From contig OZ024743.1 of the NCBI GenBank assembly GCA_964016885.1, positions 323,578,001 to 323,642,000 on the forward strand: a DNA stretch of 64,000 nt, written 5' to 3'. The DNA comes from Eledone cirrhosa (taxonomy: Eukaryota). Shown in pieces: positions 26,276-41,102 of this stretch (its first letter is position 1; every line of letters begins with the position of its first letter). The notes under the pieces were generated by a model. That model did no database searches. It was not told the origin of the DNA and saw only the letters and a list, made by a program, of their open reading frames with translations. A program made the position numbers and the translations under genes.

Positions 26276-26280
<5 letters not shown>
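25988..26280 (+). mobile_element. RTE LINE 3' end with caaggtgat tandem tail
   Basis: SKFRWAGHVARFTDNRWTRAVAEWYPR..PRGRP. Confidence 0.8.
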
Positions 26281-26316
<36 letters not shown>

Positions 26317-26522
26317 GTAAATAAGAACGTTATTGCTCCAATCAGACTACTCACCTTCAGCAAATACTAAACGCCAACCTGTACCCATGACTCCTGCCAA
26401 ACAAACCGTACTCACCTTCCAAATTCGTCAAATCATACGCGGGCCACCTATTCTCCCAAACTCGGCTTATGCAACTAGACACCTAATAGCCACCTAATGG
26501 GAGAAGGCAGATGTTATCAAGT

Positions 26523-26610
<88 letters not shown>

Positions 26611-26680
26611 GATAATAAGTTTCATGAATACACCGTTCACTGTACAAGAAGGAATAGCATTTATTACATAATGTTTACAT

Positions 26681-26741
<61 letters not shown>

Positions 26742-27874
26742 TATAGTTCTGAATCGTACCTATTTGGCAAGTAACTTGACCTGAGACAGTGAGGTAAAGT
26801 GAAACAATTACATCGCGGAAGAGTAATTTTAGTAATTTCAGAACACACAAAAGGCTGTTGTCTGATCTCTCCATCTATTTTTTAACAGTACAAGCTATTA
26901 TATCAAAACATTTCATCGTACGTCTGAGATCTGGTCACTGACCCGATTCCATTGCGTTTGTGGAAAATCAGTTACTAGTGAGTTTTTTTAAGCACCGAGA
27001 TTTTTTTTTCTGTTCCTGTCTCTGTTTTTTTTTTCCGCGGCATCCTTTATTTTTAGCTTTAGACTTTTGATTCCATTGCATTATTGTTGTTTGAACATTT
27101 GATATACGGGCCTTTAATCCCTTTCAGATCAGTTTGTGGTGTCTTCCCATCCTCATTGCTGAGGTTCGGGGACTATGGACAATTGCACCAATGCTCATTT
27201 ATATAATGTTGTATGTCCACGAGTCACACCGGGAAAAAGCGAGATGTTGGTGGTTTCGGAATTCGTGTCCATTACTTTGATGCTGGCTACCGAGCCGCAG
27301 CTCATACAGCTTCATCACAAGGATGAAACTGTTGACCACCTGAAAGGTTGTAACCAAGATGACTAAGGAGTACCATCTGTTTTGAAATCATAGTGATCTT
27401 TCACATAGTCAGACTGCCAACCCATTTTGTTAAACACAGTATTTGATGGTCGTTGATTCATCTACATTCCTCTGCTCTTTGGCCGGTTGTGTTATTCATC
27501 CGGCAGAGTATCCCAAAACCACTCTCCTCACCAAGTAAGCTTAGCGGAGTTGCCAGTTTAGTCACCGACGACCCGACCCATGTGATAGGTTTTACTAGGT
27601 TAGATGTAACCGATAACACCCGAGAGCGATCTGATATAATTCAAATCATTATGCTCCTATAATTTCCCCAATATTTAAAAGGATCTTCATCCCTGCTCTC
27701 TGCAGCTCACCTGCTAGAATTAACTGCGAAATTAGATTCTTCTGTCTTTAAAAATTGTATATTATGATATATTGCGGTAACTTCTTCTAAATGCATTGTT
27801 AATCCACAAGAGAATGTCGTCATATTTGAGCCACGGGGTTTATAAGGCTGATGAAATTTGTATATGACATGAAC

Positions 27875-28211
27875 TATTTCTCCGAATTGAGAGATCATGG
27901 CTCTGATACTATGGGCATGTGGTTAGAATGTCTCAGGAAAGAATCGGTGGACAGATTTTACGGGCAAAACCAACCGGCAAGAGACCCAGGGGTAGACCTC
28001 GAGCAAGATGGTTGGATAACATCCATGAGCTTGGCTGGTCACGCTTGGGGATCCAACCGGATCAGTTGGAGACGGTTGCTTCTTACAGGACCCGTTGAAA
28101 GGAGTGTTTGAGGACTCTGCCTCCACAACCCTCTCAGGAATAATTAGGCAAAGAAGAAGAAGAAGAAGAAGAAGAAGAAGAAGAAGAAGAAGAAGAAGAA
28201 GAAGAAGAAGA
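27875..28211 (+). mobile_element. RTE LINE 3' fragment with (GAA)n tail
   Basis: YGHVVRMSQER...GKRPRGRPRARWLDNI. Related copies at 46890-47180(+), 50845-51700(-) and 63355-63440(-). Confidence 0.8.
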
Positions 28212-28536
28212 CATTAGCTATCTGAAGTACATTCTTATATTACATTAGTTATCTGAAGTGTATTTTATGGTTTGCTAATTTGTAATTTCGTCTTGATGAG
28301 ATGTATTTTTATTCTGCTGTTTTTGTACACAAAACCTTCCTCAAATCACACCCTTTAATCGTAAAAAGGATAGGAAACAACACACTGGTAACATGATCCT
28401 GGATACACTTCTTCTGAGAAAAAGAAGACGGCATGGTTACGAATGGGATGTCTGGATTTTAGGTCTTTTCGATCATGGCTGATCTATATGGGGCGGAATG
28501 GGTAGGTTAAACAACAACAACAATAATAATGATAAT

Positions 28537-28752
28537 AATTGTTTCTACATTTGGTGCAAGGTCAACAATTTGAAGGGAAGAGGAAGGTCAATTGAATCGC
28601 CCAATGCGTTACTGGTACTTTATTTTATCGACCCCGCAAGGATGAAAGGCAAAGCTGACCTTGGTGGGTTTTGAAATCAGAACGTAAAGGGTCGTAACTT
28701 AATACTGCAAAGCATGTTGCCAGATGTTCTAACTATTCTGCCAATCCGCTCT
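28537..28752 (-). mobile_element. tRNA-derived SINE
   Basis: Reverse complement of the main SINE; AAT-rich tail. Confidence 0.8.
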
Positions 28753-28760
28753 ACACAATA

Positions 28761-28851
<91 letters not shown>

Positions 28852-29058
28852 TGTGTATACGTTACTAAAATAGTCTCTGTTCTTCCGAGCTGGTGGTATC
28901 CTTTCACCCTGACTAAAACATTCTCCACTTACTCAACTCTCCTCTTCTCATGCTCCATGTCATGTCCACGCCCTCAACCACCAGGTCCCACTAATCACTA
29001 AGACCACTCTTTCCTGCTCACTATGTTGGTCACTGGAACTCACTCTCTGCTCATGACT

Positions 29059-29166
29059 ATCTTATAGGCATACAACATCTTATAGGCATACAACATCTTA
29101 TAGGCATACAACATCTTATAGGCATACAACATCTTATAGGCATACAACATCTTATAGGCATACAAC
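29059..29166. repeat. 18-bp minisatellite, 6 perfect copies (atcttataggcatacaac)
   Basis: Direct reading. Confidence 0.95.
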
Positions 29167-29490
29167 AATTTAAGCGGAACATCAGCGGCTTCAATGTTCT
29201 TATCAATGTTCGCAGTCGGTGAAGGCTAGGGTCAATGACCTTCTTCCAAACATAAGAAATAAAAAAGAAATAATTGTTGAAAATATAACATAGTAAAGAG
29301 TCCCCAGCATCGAGGGGAGGAGACTGATAAAGACAGTAGAAGAGTTGCTTGAAAAGGTGTCATTTTATATGACAGACATAACAATGAAAACCTTATACAC
29401 ACACATACACACACACATACACATATTATATTATATTATATTATATTATATTATATTATATTATATTATATTATATTATATATTATATAT

Positions 29491-29538
<48 letters not shown>

Positions 29539-29620
29539 ATGTGTATGTATATATATACACATAAATACATATATATATAAATGTATATTTAAGTAATGAT
29601 TTATAGGTATTTCTGAGTAC

Positions 29621-29746
<126 letters not shown>

Positions 29747-29783
29747 ATATGTAAATACACACACACACATACATACATATCTA

Positions 29784-29814
<31 letters not shown>

Positions 29815-30120
29815 GTACTCAGAAATAACTATAAATCATTGCTTTAGTTTAACAGAAAAAAATTCTTCATGGGAGGGAAATTGTCCGGATATCCGGTAAT
29901 TGTTTGCTTAGACATTTGCAAGTTTATTTATCTGTCGTATATAATTAAACTTACACTTCCATTCCTCTAACGAATTATTATTATTGTTATTATTATTATT
30001 ATAACCCATCCCCCACCCTATTGGGGAATTTAATTTGTTTGGATTTGTTTTTATATCCAGTTATATGAACTTTTTTACACGCTTTAAAGCCCTCACTTTT
30101 TCGTCCTGTTTTGTAATAAT

Positions 30121-30300
30121 AATTGTTTCTACGTTTGGCACAAGGCCAGCAATTACCCAGTACATTACTGGTACTTTATTTTATCGATCCCGTAAGGATG
30201 AAAGGCAAAGTTAACCTCGACGGGATTTGAACTCAAACCGTAAAGGGACGTAACTATGCTAGAAAGCATGGCGTCCAACCCTCTACTGATACTGTTAATT
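30121..30300 (-). mobile_element. tRNA-derived SINE
   Basis: Reverse complement of 22431-22620. Confidence 0.85.
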
Positions 30301-31819
30301 CATATAGATTCCATGATTTATGATACATACCTCCTGTGTAGAAGATACATTGTTGTCTATGAGCTAATTCCATTTTAATGAATTTGTTGCTCTTTCAAAC
30401 TCCTCAGCTTGAAGCTCTTCAAAAGCAACGCTAAATTATTGGTACTTAGGTCAGAGTACATAACTTTTTTATTTTATTATTTCAACTTAGTTGTATTTGA
30501 AAGAGTGTCTGAGTGCGCACCCTGCCAAATATTTGTCCCTGGGGGTATAATAACATTGACCAACACATTAAAAATATTTGAAGTCATCAAGTCAAATTCA
30601 TTTGAAATATTTTATTTACACTTTAACTGAAAGTCAGTAAGAATATACAATCATTCACTTGAGGTTTTACTTTCCAGCTTATTGTTCCTTACATTTTATC
30701 CCGCTTTACTTGTGAACGGATTTGTTTCATTTTAATATTTCCACATACACACACACACACACATATATATATATTTATACACAGATAGATTAAAACTCAC
30801 ATATATTTCATTTTAACCTCTCTACATAGACAAATAAATATATATATATACTGATAGATTAAGACTCACCTATGCGGTTGGACACATATTTATATCTTCA
30901 TTCCATATATTATAATTCATACAATGCAGAAATATGATATATACAAATATTTACATATAGATATATACAAATATTTACATATATAAAAGCAGATGTAAGT
31001 ATATAGTTATATATTCATATCTCTATACATAAGCACTGGTATAAATCTATAGTTGCTGACATACGTATATGTATATGTTCGTATATAATAGAAACATAAG
31101 CAATCTAGATAGAAACGCTTGAAGACACACAACTGCATACGCAGTTTATGTTTTATCTAATGCATAATCTTTGCATATGCATATTCGTTTGGGATTGGGA
31201 AACTGCAACGTATCATCACACAGACTCGACTATTCTCTGCATTTAAACGCCTCTGTTTCAGTGAAAGTTGGTACAGATTGAAATTATTCTTAGACATTGA
31301 AAGCGTTGAATGAGGAAGCCAGGATTTTAAACGAAGTTTTAATTGTAAGTATAAAAATTCTGGATTTTTTTGTCTTCATTTTGTTTATCTCTTTAATTCT
31401 ATTCTTCAACAATTTTGAAGCGTGATACTTAAAAAAAAAAAAGAAAAAAACATGTCTGTTGATAATTTTGATATTGGTTTATGATATTGTTACACGGATA
31501 AAAGTTTATTATAAAGGAAGAGAAATTTAATAGTGCAATGTTCATGTTGTTGTTCAACCCGGAATCGAGCACTCCCGTAAACGAAAGTTTCCCAGCCATA
31601 TCCATCTTATTTCATGTTGTATCTAGGACTACATTATCCAAGTGTACCTTTTTAAAGGATGATTTGGCTGATGTTTCTAGCAGGTCAAGCAATCACATAA
31701 CAGCTCCTTCGATGTTCATGGTATTAGTGATGCAAATTAAATGGATAAGATCGAGATCGAAAATGGTTCAATAATTTCGCTGGTCGGGCCAACTCTGAGT
31801 TCTGATGAAAAATATTGAT

Positions 31820-32035
31820 TCCTGATTTAGGCACAAGGCCAGAAAATTTTTGGGAAAGGCAAGTGGATTAAATCAACCCCAGTACTTGACTGGTATTTTA
31901 TTGTATCGACTCCGGAAGGAGGAAAGTTAAAGTTAACCTCGGTGGGATTTTGGATTTAGAATGTAAAGAGTCAGAACAAATAATACAATAACATTTTATA
32001 CGATGCTCTACCGATTCTGCCAATCGACCACCCCT
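31820..32035 (-). mobile_element. tRNA-derived SINE (older)
   Basis: Core and head similarity to the main SINE. Confidence 0.7.
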
Positions 32036-33174
32036 ATAATGTTTTACACAGGAGAATAAATCTGGGGATCTCTGCATGTCAAAATATCCCGCCCGACTCT
32101 CTAATATGCGAAACGTAGTTCCCCCTTATCATACATTTGTATATATTGGTATATACATTACGACATTACGAAACATACACAAACTCGTATATATGCTACC
32201 GACATTATGTGAAGCTCAGGTATTGTAGAAAATACTTAGGCAATGTAGACACAAGATTTGATTTTATATTTTGCCTTAAACTTTTAAGCATTCTTTAGAA
32301 TAACGTATACACCAGCAGAAACTCGACTGATGAGCGGTGTGTGTGTATGTATAAATATATATATATGAAAAACATTTTATCTCTGATCGAGACGAAGCGA
32401 GAATGTATTGGAATACATATTAAAATGAAGAAACGAGAACAGCCGTTAAAACAGGCAAATGTTGTCAAAGACACCGATGGGCAAAAATGCTTCAAAGGAC
32501 AAAGACCAGCGGCCAGTGATCGATAGAGAGACAATCTACGAGGGGGGTGACAGGCAGATGAAATATAGAAGAGATTGAAATAAGAGGAGGACAAGGAAAA
32601 GTGTGTTGGCGCACAGAAGTGAATGGAAGAAGGAAATAAAGAAAGGCGATGTACAAGACGTTCAGACACACACATCTTCACTCTGATCAGCTCTCAAACC
32701 AGCAAAATGGATTCGCACGATTTAATTGAGAGTACCATTTAAAATACTGGATCGTGCAACAGAAAAATAAAGCTTTCTGTTGGTATGATGTGTGTGATAA
32801 AACAAACAGCGATCGCAGGTCAGTGTTCTCATTACAGAGGAAAGAGGTGGCAACACCACCACCACCAAGAATAAGAACAACAACGACTATGACAAGGATA
32901 TTGTTAATTACAGGAATAATGAGCATATAGTGATGGCAGGACCAGACAACATCAGCAACATCAAACACTAACAAACCAGCAACACAGACAACAACAGCAG
33001 TAGCTTCCTCAACAACGTCACTACGGTTCCAATCAACTTATTATTTACACGACAGCACTATCTACAACCATGATAATCGTCGTAGATAGTAAGAAAAATA
33101 ATAATAATAGTAAAATAAGGATACCGATAAGTTGTGTTGGGTGTGCTTACTATTACGCGCTGATACGGAACGCC

Positions 33175-33306
33175 ATGGAGATGTTTCAAAATATATCTTC
33201 GCTGAAGGACATCCCGATCCCATCAAATGACACCTATAGTCGCCTGACCATACATAAAACAAATTCATTCATCCGACGTATTGGATAGCGCGCCTACCAT
33301 TTTGAC
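33175..33306 (+). pseudogene. Probable PLE ORF N-terminal remnant
   Basis: MEMFQNISSLKDIPIPSNDTYSRLTIHKTNSFIRRIG*RAYHF resembles the SxKNIPIP...FIxRMRWRAYHF start of YRDD-type PLEs (recalled, not searched). Confidence 0.5.
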
Positions 33307-33439
33307 GAGAAAAAAAAAGAAACGTTTTTAAATTCCAGCAGCATAAACAGTAACTGGTAGTTTTCAAGATGATTCGTTTTCTTCTCTTATATTTTGCATT
33401 GCATTCTTAACTTTAACTCTAAACAAAATATGGCCACAA

Positions 33440-34120
33440 ATAGACAACAAAATCATAAATCATCTGTATATGGATGACTTGCAACTGTAAGCCAAAAATG
33501 ACAGCAAATTTGAAAGGACTGTTGAAGATAGTTAAGGTGTTCAGTGATAATGTAAAAATGGAGTTTAGATTGGAAAATGCACGAAAGCAGCATTCAAGAA
33601 AGATGGAATGACAAGCACAAACTCAATGGAAATAGATGTAAATATAATAATTATAGAGCTAGAACAGGAACAAACCTACAGATATCTAGGGATCAATGAA
33701 GGCCAACGTATTCACCATGCCAGTATGAAGGAATGCTACCGGAAAATACTTGCTGTTTTGAAAATTGAGATCAATTGAAAGAATAAAATATCTGCCATAA
33801 ATGCGCTTGCCGACAGTTTCAATATCATAAATTGGAACGTTAATGAAGTAAAGAAAATGGACACCAAAATCAGTAAACTTCTGACACCTAATAAACTACA
33901 TCACCCAAAAGCAGATGTCGACTGCCTTTATCTCCCTAAACAAAACGGGTGTAGAAGAATGATGTCACTTGAGCTGACATAAAAAATATCAACCATTGTA
34001 CTCGAACAATACCTTAAAACTACAGATGACTTTATGCTGAAAATGGTTGCAGAACATGAAAGAGAGAATAATTTACATTCAACCACGAAGGAAAGTAGGA
34101 AGTTTGCAGAAGAAATGGGA
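33440..34120 (+). mobile_element. Decayed R4/Dong-like non-LTR RT fragment
   Basis: YMDDL...VKVFSDNVKMEF...TYRYLGI...NKISAINALA...KMDTKISKLL...HHPKADVDCLYLP, with stops and frameshifts. Confidence 0.7.
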
Positions 34121-35536
34121 ATATATTTTTAAAAAAGGGGGATAGATATAGCTGACTCACCAATCACACTGCCTTCATCTAAAAGAGGTGTAGTAGATTT
34201 TGATGATGGGTTCTAAAAATTTACTTCTTCAATCAATTGGAATTTACTTGTTCAATCAATTGGATGTGAAAGTCGTGAATTAAACGTATAAGTGGTTGAG
34301 TATTCCACAGACACGTGTATCTTTAACGTAATTCCCGAAGTTGAATCAATGCAACACAATATATGATGAGGCTGGATCTATAAATTACCAGTACAATCAA
34401 TCCGACGAGCTTCCATACAGTTTCTTCTTTAGTAGGCTTTGCAAAAATGTTATGAGTATTATCCCTATTTCCCTGTTTATACCATCAAAAAGAAAAAAAT
34501 ATATTTAGTGCCAGTTCTTCCTATCAGCCTATTTGATTTCACTATATAATATCATTCAGCCAAGGTAATAAGTTATCTCTAGTCACCCACCATCTTCTCG
34601 ATCACGAGTCAATGAGAAAGTTGTTCGTAGTTGCTAGAAACAGCAGCCAAATCTCCCTCAAATCACTCCCTCCCCGTCGTTGGATAATGTGATCCTGAAT
34701 TTTTTACTCATAGTCAAAAGACGAGATGGTTATGGCTGGAATGCCGTTAATCATATTTTGTTGGATCGGGACAGACCTTGTATTCAACAAAAGCCCTGAT
34801 GCAGTGTTGCTATATAAATGAGTTCTGTACATTGATAATTCAGATAGATGTAGTCCAATATAAATCACAAGACGGATTTTGTGGAACATTTGTTCTATTT
34901 GGAATGCTGACCATATACTAGATGTTTCTATCAAGCAATCTGTAAATAAACGAGGAAGGAATGCTAAGAATTCAGTCCAGATCAACATTTGTTAATATGA
35001 AGGAGAGTAGAGACCAAATTAAAAAGTTGCTTCAAAAGTTCTGACCTTACCTACGAATAACAACACAATTCATGAAATAACAGTTTTCCCGACTATTAAC
35101 CGCGTTTCTAGAATGTATGTTTACAATATTTATATTTATACTTCGTAGTAACATTCCTGCTTACGAGTGCACCAAACTAATGGATAAGAATATCTTAGTT
35201 TAGAAAGAAAATTCCCAGTTGGAATCCGATTATTGACTATGAACATATATTGGAACGTAACACCTGATGTCAATTGAAGGGCAAGAAATTGTCAAGATAA
35301 ATGTATCCACATTATGCGTGTTTGTACGATTATATAGGCGCAATGTCATGAGAAAATCTTACCCTTGAATTATTGTGTTACTGCTCCTAATGAAAAATCT
35401 TAAATTCTATATTAGTAGAGTTGATTTTAGGTTCTAATAATGACTTTAGCACTTTGTTGAACTTTTACGTATTAACCAATATTTTGATGTATATATATAA
35501 GGAAAAGCCAATGTTTTGATATATATATATAAAGAT

Positions 35537-35628
<92 letters not shown>

Positions 35629-36344
35629 GGATACTTAGTAAAATCGAATCTCTGGCGGTTTGCAAGCAAATTCGGCCTACTATATGAAATGAGTTAGCAA
35701 AGCACTCGATAAGGTAGGTCCTTAGAGTAATAACATACGTTTAAATAGCTTGACAAATTGAACATTGTGGTAGGCAAAATCTAACACTCAATATACCAAA
35801 GTAACGAAAGAACTAACAGGTTGAGAAAAATACACCTGGACAAATCAAACGTTATACGTTTAAAGTGTATGAATCCGAAATCAAATATCAGACATATATA
35901 TATACCTATCTTTATATATATATATCAAAATATATATCAAAATATATATCAAAATATATATCAAAAATATATATCCTTCTTTGGAAAAAATCGACTGTGG
36001 TATGATATGGAAAGGAGATGGGCGCTCCGCTAGGTTTTAAAAATAACCAAGAAACGCTGTATATCATAACAACGACTCTACGACTCCACCAGGAGTTACG
36101 AGTTCATATAAATACGGGTCTATATGCAAATGAGCATCTCCAGCAAGTGATCATCACACAAAATTCTATATGGACCTATTTCATGCCAGTACCTTTTGAG
36201 GGAGTGTCACTGATGAAAGATGAACAAATTTTGAAACAGTACTGTCTGACATTCTCAAAACATAGTGGCAACTCTGTGATATAACACTGAGGAAAATAGA
36301 GAAAAAAAAATCGTTTCGTTACGTAGCTGCCCATATGTTTATCT

Positions 36345-37000
36345 ATATATATATAGAACTGTTGTTGTCTGTCTGTGTGTGTGTCCTCATTTTTGCAAAG
36401 TCTATACAAATCCACATTTCTACTCCGATTGACTTCAAACTTGCATTTATATATTCCTTGCGGTCTAAAGATACTAACTGCAGCTTTTATTTTTCAATTT
36501 TCTGTTGTTAAAGGAGTATTAGGCGCCGGTTATGGATCTCCGTCGAGCCCTTATAATATCTGTCTGTATCTGACTGTCTGCATAACGACATTGACGAACA
36601 CGTCATTGTTGACGTATTATCTTCGCTACATTCACACACACACACACACACATATATACTTATATATACATATATATACATATACACATATATACATATA
36701 CACACACATATATACACATATACATATATATATCTATATATATATATATATACAAAAGTTTAAGCAAAGAATCGCTGCTTATTACTATATATATACATAT
36801 ATATAAACTGAGGATGTGTGTGTGTGTATGTCCGTACCCACAGAACTTCTTCAGTTTGCAACCGATTTTCTTCGAATTCGGAACAAACATGCGTTATGTT
36901 TCCAGGAGTGTTTTGGACTCATAAAAGTTTCAAGTTTTTGTTAGGTAAATATTGGTTGGCTGGTGCACGAAAACTACACACACACACATATATATACATC
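36345..37000 (+). mobile_element. Possible Helitron/Helentron-type non-autonomous fragments
   Basis: tctatatata-type starts followed by GT/GTCT microsatellite and ccgatt motifs. A candidate 3' hairpin plus CTAGT lies at 38707-38735. Confidence 0.35.
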
Positions 37001-37260
37001 TAAAGAGAGAAAGGGAGATGTAGAGAGAGAGAGAGTGAGATAGGTCGTTATACAAAGAGAAGTACAAGATATTCAGATAGAGAGATAGAGAGAGAGCGAG
37101 AGAGAGAGAGAGAGAATGGCGACGAACGCTGGTTCACACATACATACAAACACACATATATATATATAAAGACAGAGAGAGGGCGGGGGGATCTGCGCGT
37201 TCTTTATTGCTCTCCATTCTGTAGAGGAAGAGAGAGAGAGAGAGAGGGGTATGAGTGAGA

Positions 37261-37291
<31 letters not shown>

Positions 37292-37508
37292 GGTATGAGA
37301 AAAAAGGGAGAGAGGGGTTGAGAAAGAAAGAAAGAGAGTGAGGAACTTTAACTTTTATTTATTTATCTATTCTTTACACACTGTTCAACTCTCCCCTTTC
37401 CTCAACCTTACGTCTCTTTCTCTCTTTTACACTAGATGTACTGTGACTGTGTGTGTTATATATATTTATGTCCGCACACACACACACACAAAGACGCATC
37501 TCTCTCTT

Positions 37509-37587
<79 letters not shown>

Positions 37588-37593
<6 letters not shown>

Positions 37594-37800
37594 GTGAGGT
37601 TCTTTTTACAAAATGAAAAATAACCGAGGTGTCCTACACGAGTGAAAGTATAAACAAAAAAAGATGAAATCGAAAATGCAACTGGAGTCTTATTTAAAAA
37701 AAATATATATATATATTTATTTGGTTCCTTTACCGGTTTCGCAGTTCTTCTGCTTTTCAAAAGTAGAGTTGAGATGGAGGGTCTGTGGTTTTTCTCACAT
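37588..37800 (-). mobile_element. Family A copy with U3-A8 HHR (37727-37764)
   Basis: Reverse complement of 1-200. Confidence 0.8.
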
Positions 37801-37825
37801 CTGTATATATATATATATATATTTG

Positions 37826-38100
37826 TTAAAGTTTAAGCAAAGAATCGCTGCTTTCAACATTAACGGGATCTTCTGAAACTAATAAATTCAATCTGTGAAC
37901 GTAGAAGTAAATATTTCGAGAAACGTTGCAACCGAAGGAAAACAGGAAGGCGATATTTTTGTTCGTGAAGACGTTCCCTGGCAATGCACGGGAAAAAAAG
38001 CGAGGATAATACGTCGTTATGTGGACCGAGAAGAACAATTTCATGCAAAGACAAGACCAAGTTTATGGTATAAATGGAGTCGTTAGACTAATGTTCTATT
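37826..38100 (-). mobile_element. Family B pLTR (diverged copy)
   Basis: Similar to 6560-6955. Confidence 0.8.
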
Positions 38101-39000
38101 TAAAATAACTGAATGATTTCCAGCCGCGGAGTTTAAGAATGATGTAAATAAAATTGTAAACGAAAATGACAGAGATTATTAAAATAGTAAAAGTAAATAG
38201 TGAAGATTTAGGCCAGTACATACGTATGCCCCGACGGACATACACATACATATACATACGCACACATAAATACATATACACGCGCGCGCGCGCATGTGTG
38301 TGTAAACCTTATGCATTTCTACAGTATTTTCACCAAACTTAAGACATAGGTTACTTATGTACTCCGGATGGTCATGAGCACTTTCATTTTTCCACATATT
38401 GATTATAGGGCCGCCCGGCAGATAACCCCATTTAACCTCTTCCTTGGAGTCGACTGAAGCACTGCAGTGCAATGCAACACAACGTCATAACTTCTGGAGT
38501 TCGCAACCGATTTTCACAAAACTTGACACATGGGCTACGTTTGTTCTACACATGAATGTGAACTCTCAGAATTGGCACATATTGAGTAGGGAATCCCTGG
38601 GGGCAGGAACCCCCTTTTGGAAAAAGCCGAGGATTTTGTAAAAGTATAGTTTTCGAAGCAGCACTGAAGTATTGACATAAGTGTTATACATAACTGCTAT
38701 TTGATACCCGAGCTACGCCGGGTACCTCTGCTAGTTGTATATAAAAGTATTATCTATCTTTTCATATACACCTCTATTATGCTTAAACGCTGTCTTTGTG
38801 CTACTGACAATTATATATATATATAACTGAACAAAAAGGAAAAACGAACACAGACATATATATATATATATATGTTCAAATCGTAATGGACCAAAATCAC
38901 TAAGGTGAAAAAAATACTAACTACAGACAATAGGGTTTGCTAGACTCAATTTAAGAATAAATTAAGAAAAATAAATACAAACCAGTATTGTGGTAACTAC

Positions 39001-39087
39001 CATCACCCAGATGGTCTTTGATAGAACCGTTTCGCAATATTATTTGTGAAGAGATATACCAAATTCTAGGCTCATCAGTGGGTGATG
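39001..39087 (-). ncRNA. Type I hammerhead ribozyme
   Basis: catcaccca CTGATGA gc...gc GAAAC ggttct atcaa agacc ATC tgggtgatg; 9-bp perfect stem I, one mismatch in stem III. Confidence 0.7.
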
Positions 39088-39385
39088 AAATTAGTATCCT
39101 TCTCACTTCTAAGTCAAATAGAAAACTGGAAAATGTGTGTATATATATAACGTACATGGTTCCCGAACTTAACGTGTCGCGCATACTTACGCCACTAATA
39201 TATATATATATATATTATATTATCCTAGTCTGTATGTATGTACCCCCTCTCTCCTTTTGTCTTTCTTGACGTCAACGAAATTTTATCTCTTCTAATTTCT
39301 TTACACATTTCTTCGTTTATTCCCAGCCACACACCGTTACTTATTTTCATTTCTATAGTCTCTTTAACTCTGCTTTTAGTACCTG

Positions 39386-39433
39386 AGCATGTTATATGAC
39401 TTACCATTTGTGTGGTAAGTCATATAACATGCT
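39386..39433. repeat. Perfect 21-bp-arm hairpin
   Basis: agcatgttatatgacttacca tttgtg tggtaagtcatataacatgct. Confidence 0.9.
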
Positions 39434-40309
39434 AATCGTTATTTATGTGGTTATATCGGTGTTATGTCCTATAATCTATTTGATACTCGATGATATTCAA
39501 TTTATCTTTTATTTATTTTTTTAAGTAACATATAACAAATATATAAAATTAAATAGAAGTACATACATGTAATCAATTAATTATTGCTAGGAACCTTATA
39601 AATATAATACACAAAAATATATAATCAAAGCGAGAGACCCCATCCCTAAATAAACACAAACAAACAAGAAAACATCAATTTAACACTAAGTACGTCAATC
39701 GGCTACGCACCACAAAGGTTATCAGACATTTTTTAGCAATATTCCCGCGAGTGATAGTGAGGCTTTTTGACGTTTCACTTCTACGAGCAATACTTCTTAC
39801 TGAATCATTCCAATAACTAACCCCTAACTATTACTACACGTTTATGTACGTGTGCGTTCTCAGGGTTACTTCACCGTATCTGTTAAGTTTGTTTTATATT
39901 GTTATTGTCAGCCTATGGACTTAACATGTATCAAAAGGATGCTCTAATAACCTAATAATATATTAACATTTCTTCTGTCTCTGTCTACTGCATTTCTTTT
40001 TGCAGTGAAGTTTCTGATTCGGCGATGCACAACCAATCTCGTTAAACCCTCCATGCTTGACCGTGTAATTAAGTCTTTTATCTAAATTTAAATTGTGTGT
40101 GAATTTTTCATTTCTATATCAACTCGAGTGTATAGCATTGCCGTTGTATTTAGTATAAATAAATTATATTGTTATGCATGATATTGCAAAATATATTTAT
40201 TATAGTCTCATAACAATGTTAACAAATCGAGTATATTTTAAAGCCAGCTAACTAAAAAAGTTGATTGTCAAGAGGAGATAGTTAATACTGTGTAAATGTA
40301 TGTGAGCAA

Positions 40310-40686
40310 ATATGTATGTATGGTCTCGTAACTCCTGATAGAGTGGTAGGGGCGCCGTATTGTCATACAGCATTTCTTGGGCATTTTAAGCTTGGCGGAG
40401 CCCATCCCTCGCCATGCCTGAGTACAGCAGATTTCTTCCAGAGAAGGATAGAAAATGAGAGAGAGAGAGGGGAGAGAGAGAGAGAGAGAGGAAGAGAGGA
40501 AATGAGAAAGAGATATAGAGGAAGAATCGACCCCAGTACTAAACTGGTACTTTTTTTTTATCGACCTCGAAAGGATGAAAGACAAAGTCGACCTTGACGG
40601 GATTTGAACTGAGAGAGCAGAGAGCCGGAACGAATACCATAAAGCATTCTATCCTATGTTCTAACGACTCTGTCAATTCGCTGCTT
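40310..40686 (-). mobile_element. Composite SINE
   Basis: Reverse complement of 48340-48662. Confidence 0.75.
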
Positions 40687-41102
40687 TGTGAGCAAATATA
40701 GAGATGTATAAATTCTTAGATTTCTTTGTTTAGATATATTTTTTAATGGATTAGTCAGAGAGGAAGTGCAGGGCCCATGACTTATTTTCAGGGCCTCCGA
40801 GACTGGGGAGGGGGAGAGAAAAGAAACCACTACTCATGGTTTATAAAGATCGAATATCTTAACCAAATGCTTGCAACAGGGTGAGAACTCCACTAAAGTC
40901 ACCTAAAGTCAGGTAGTGTTAAATCGGGCAACGAATTAAGCTTTGGGATTGGTGTTTTTAAAATCTCTTTCAACAAACATTGATTTGTAACTTTCGCTCG
41001 TTGGATTGAAGTCATAGAAATTGTATTTTATTTTCTCTTTTCAATATTATCACATAGCCTTTTTCATATACTTCGTCCTACATTTAGTTAGTAAGAATTG
41101 TT

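Noticed and set aside
29059-29166. CRISPR-like array
   Set aside because: Contiguous repeats without spacers, in a eukaryotic context.
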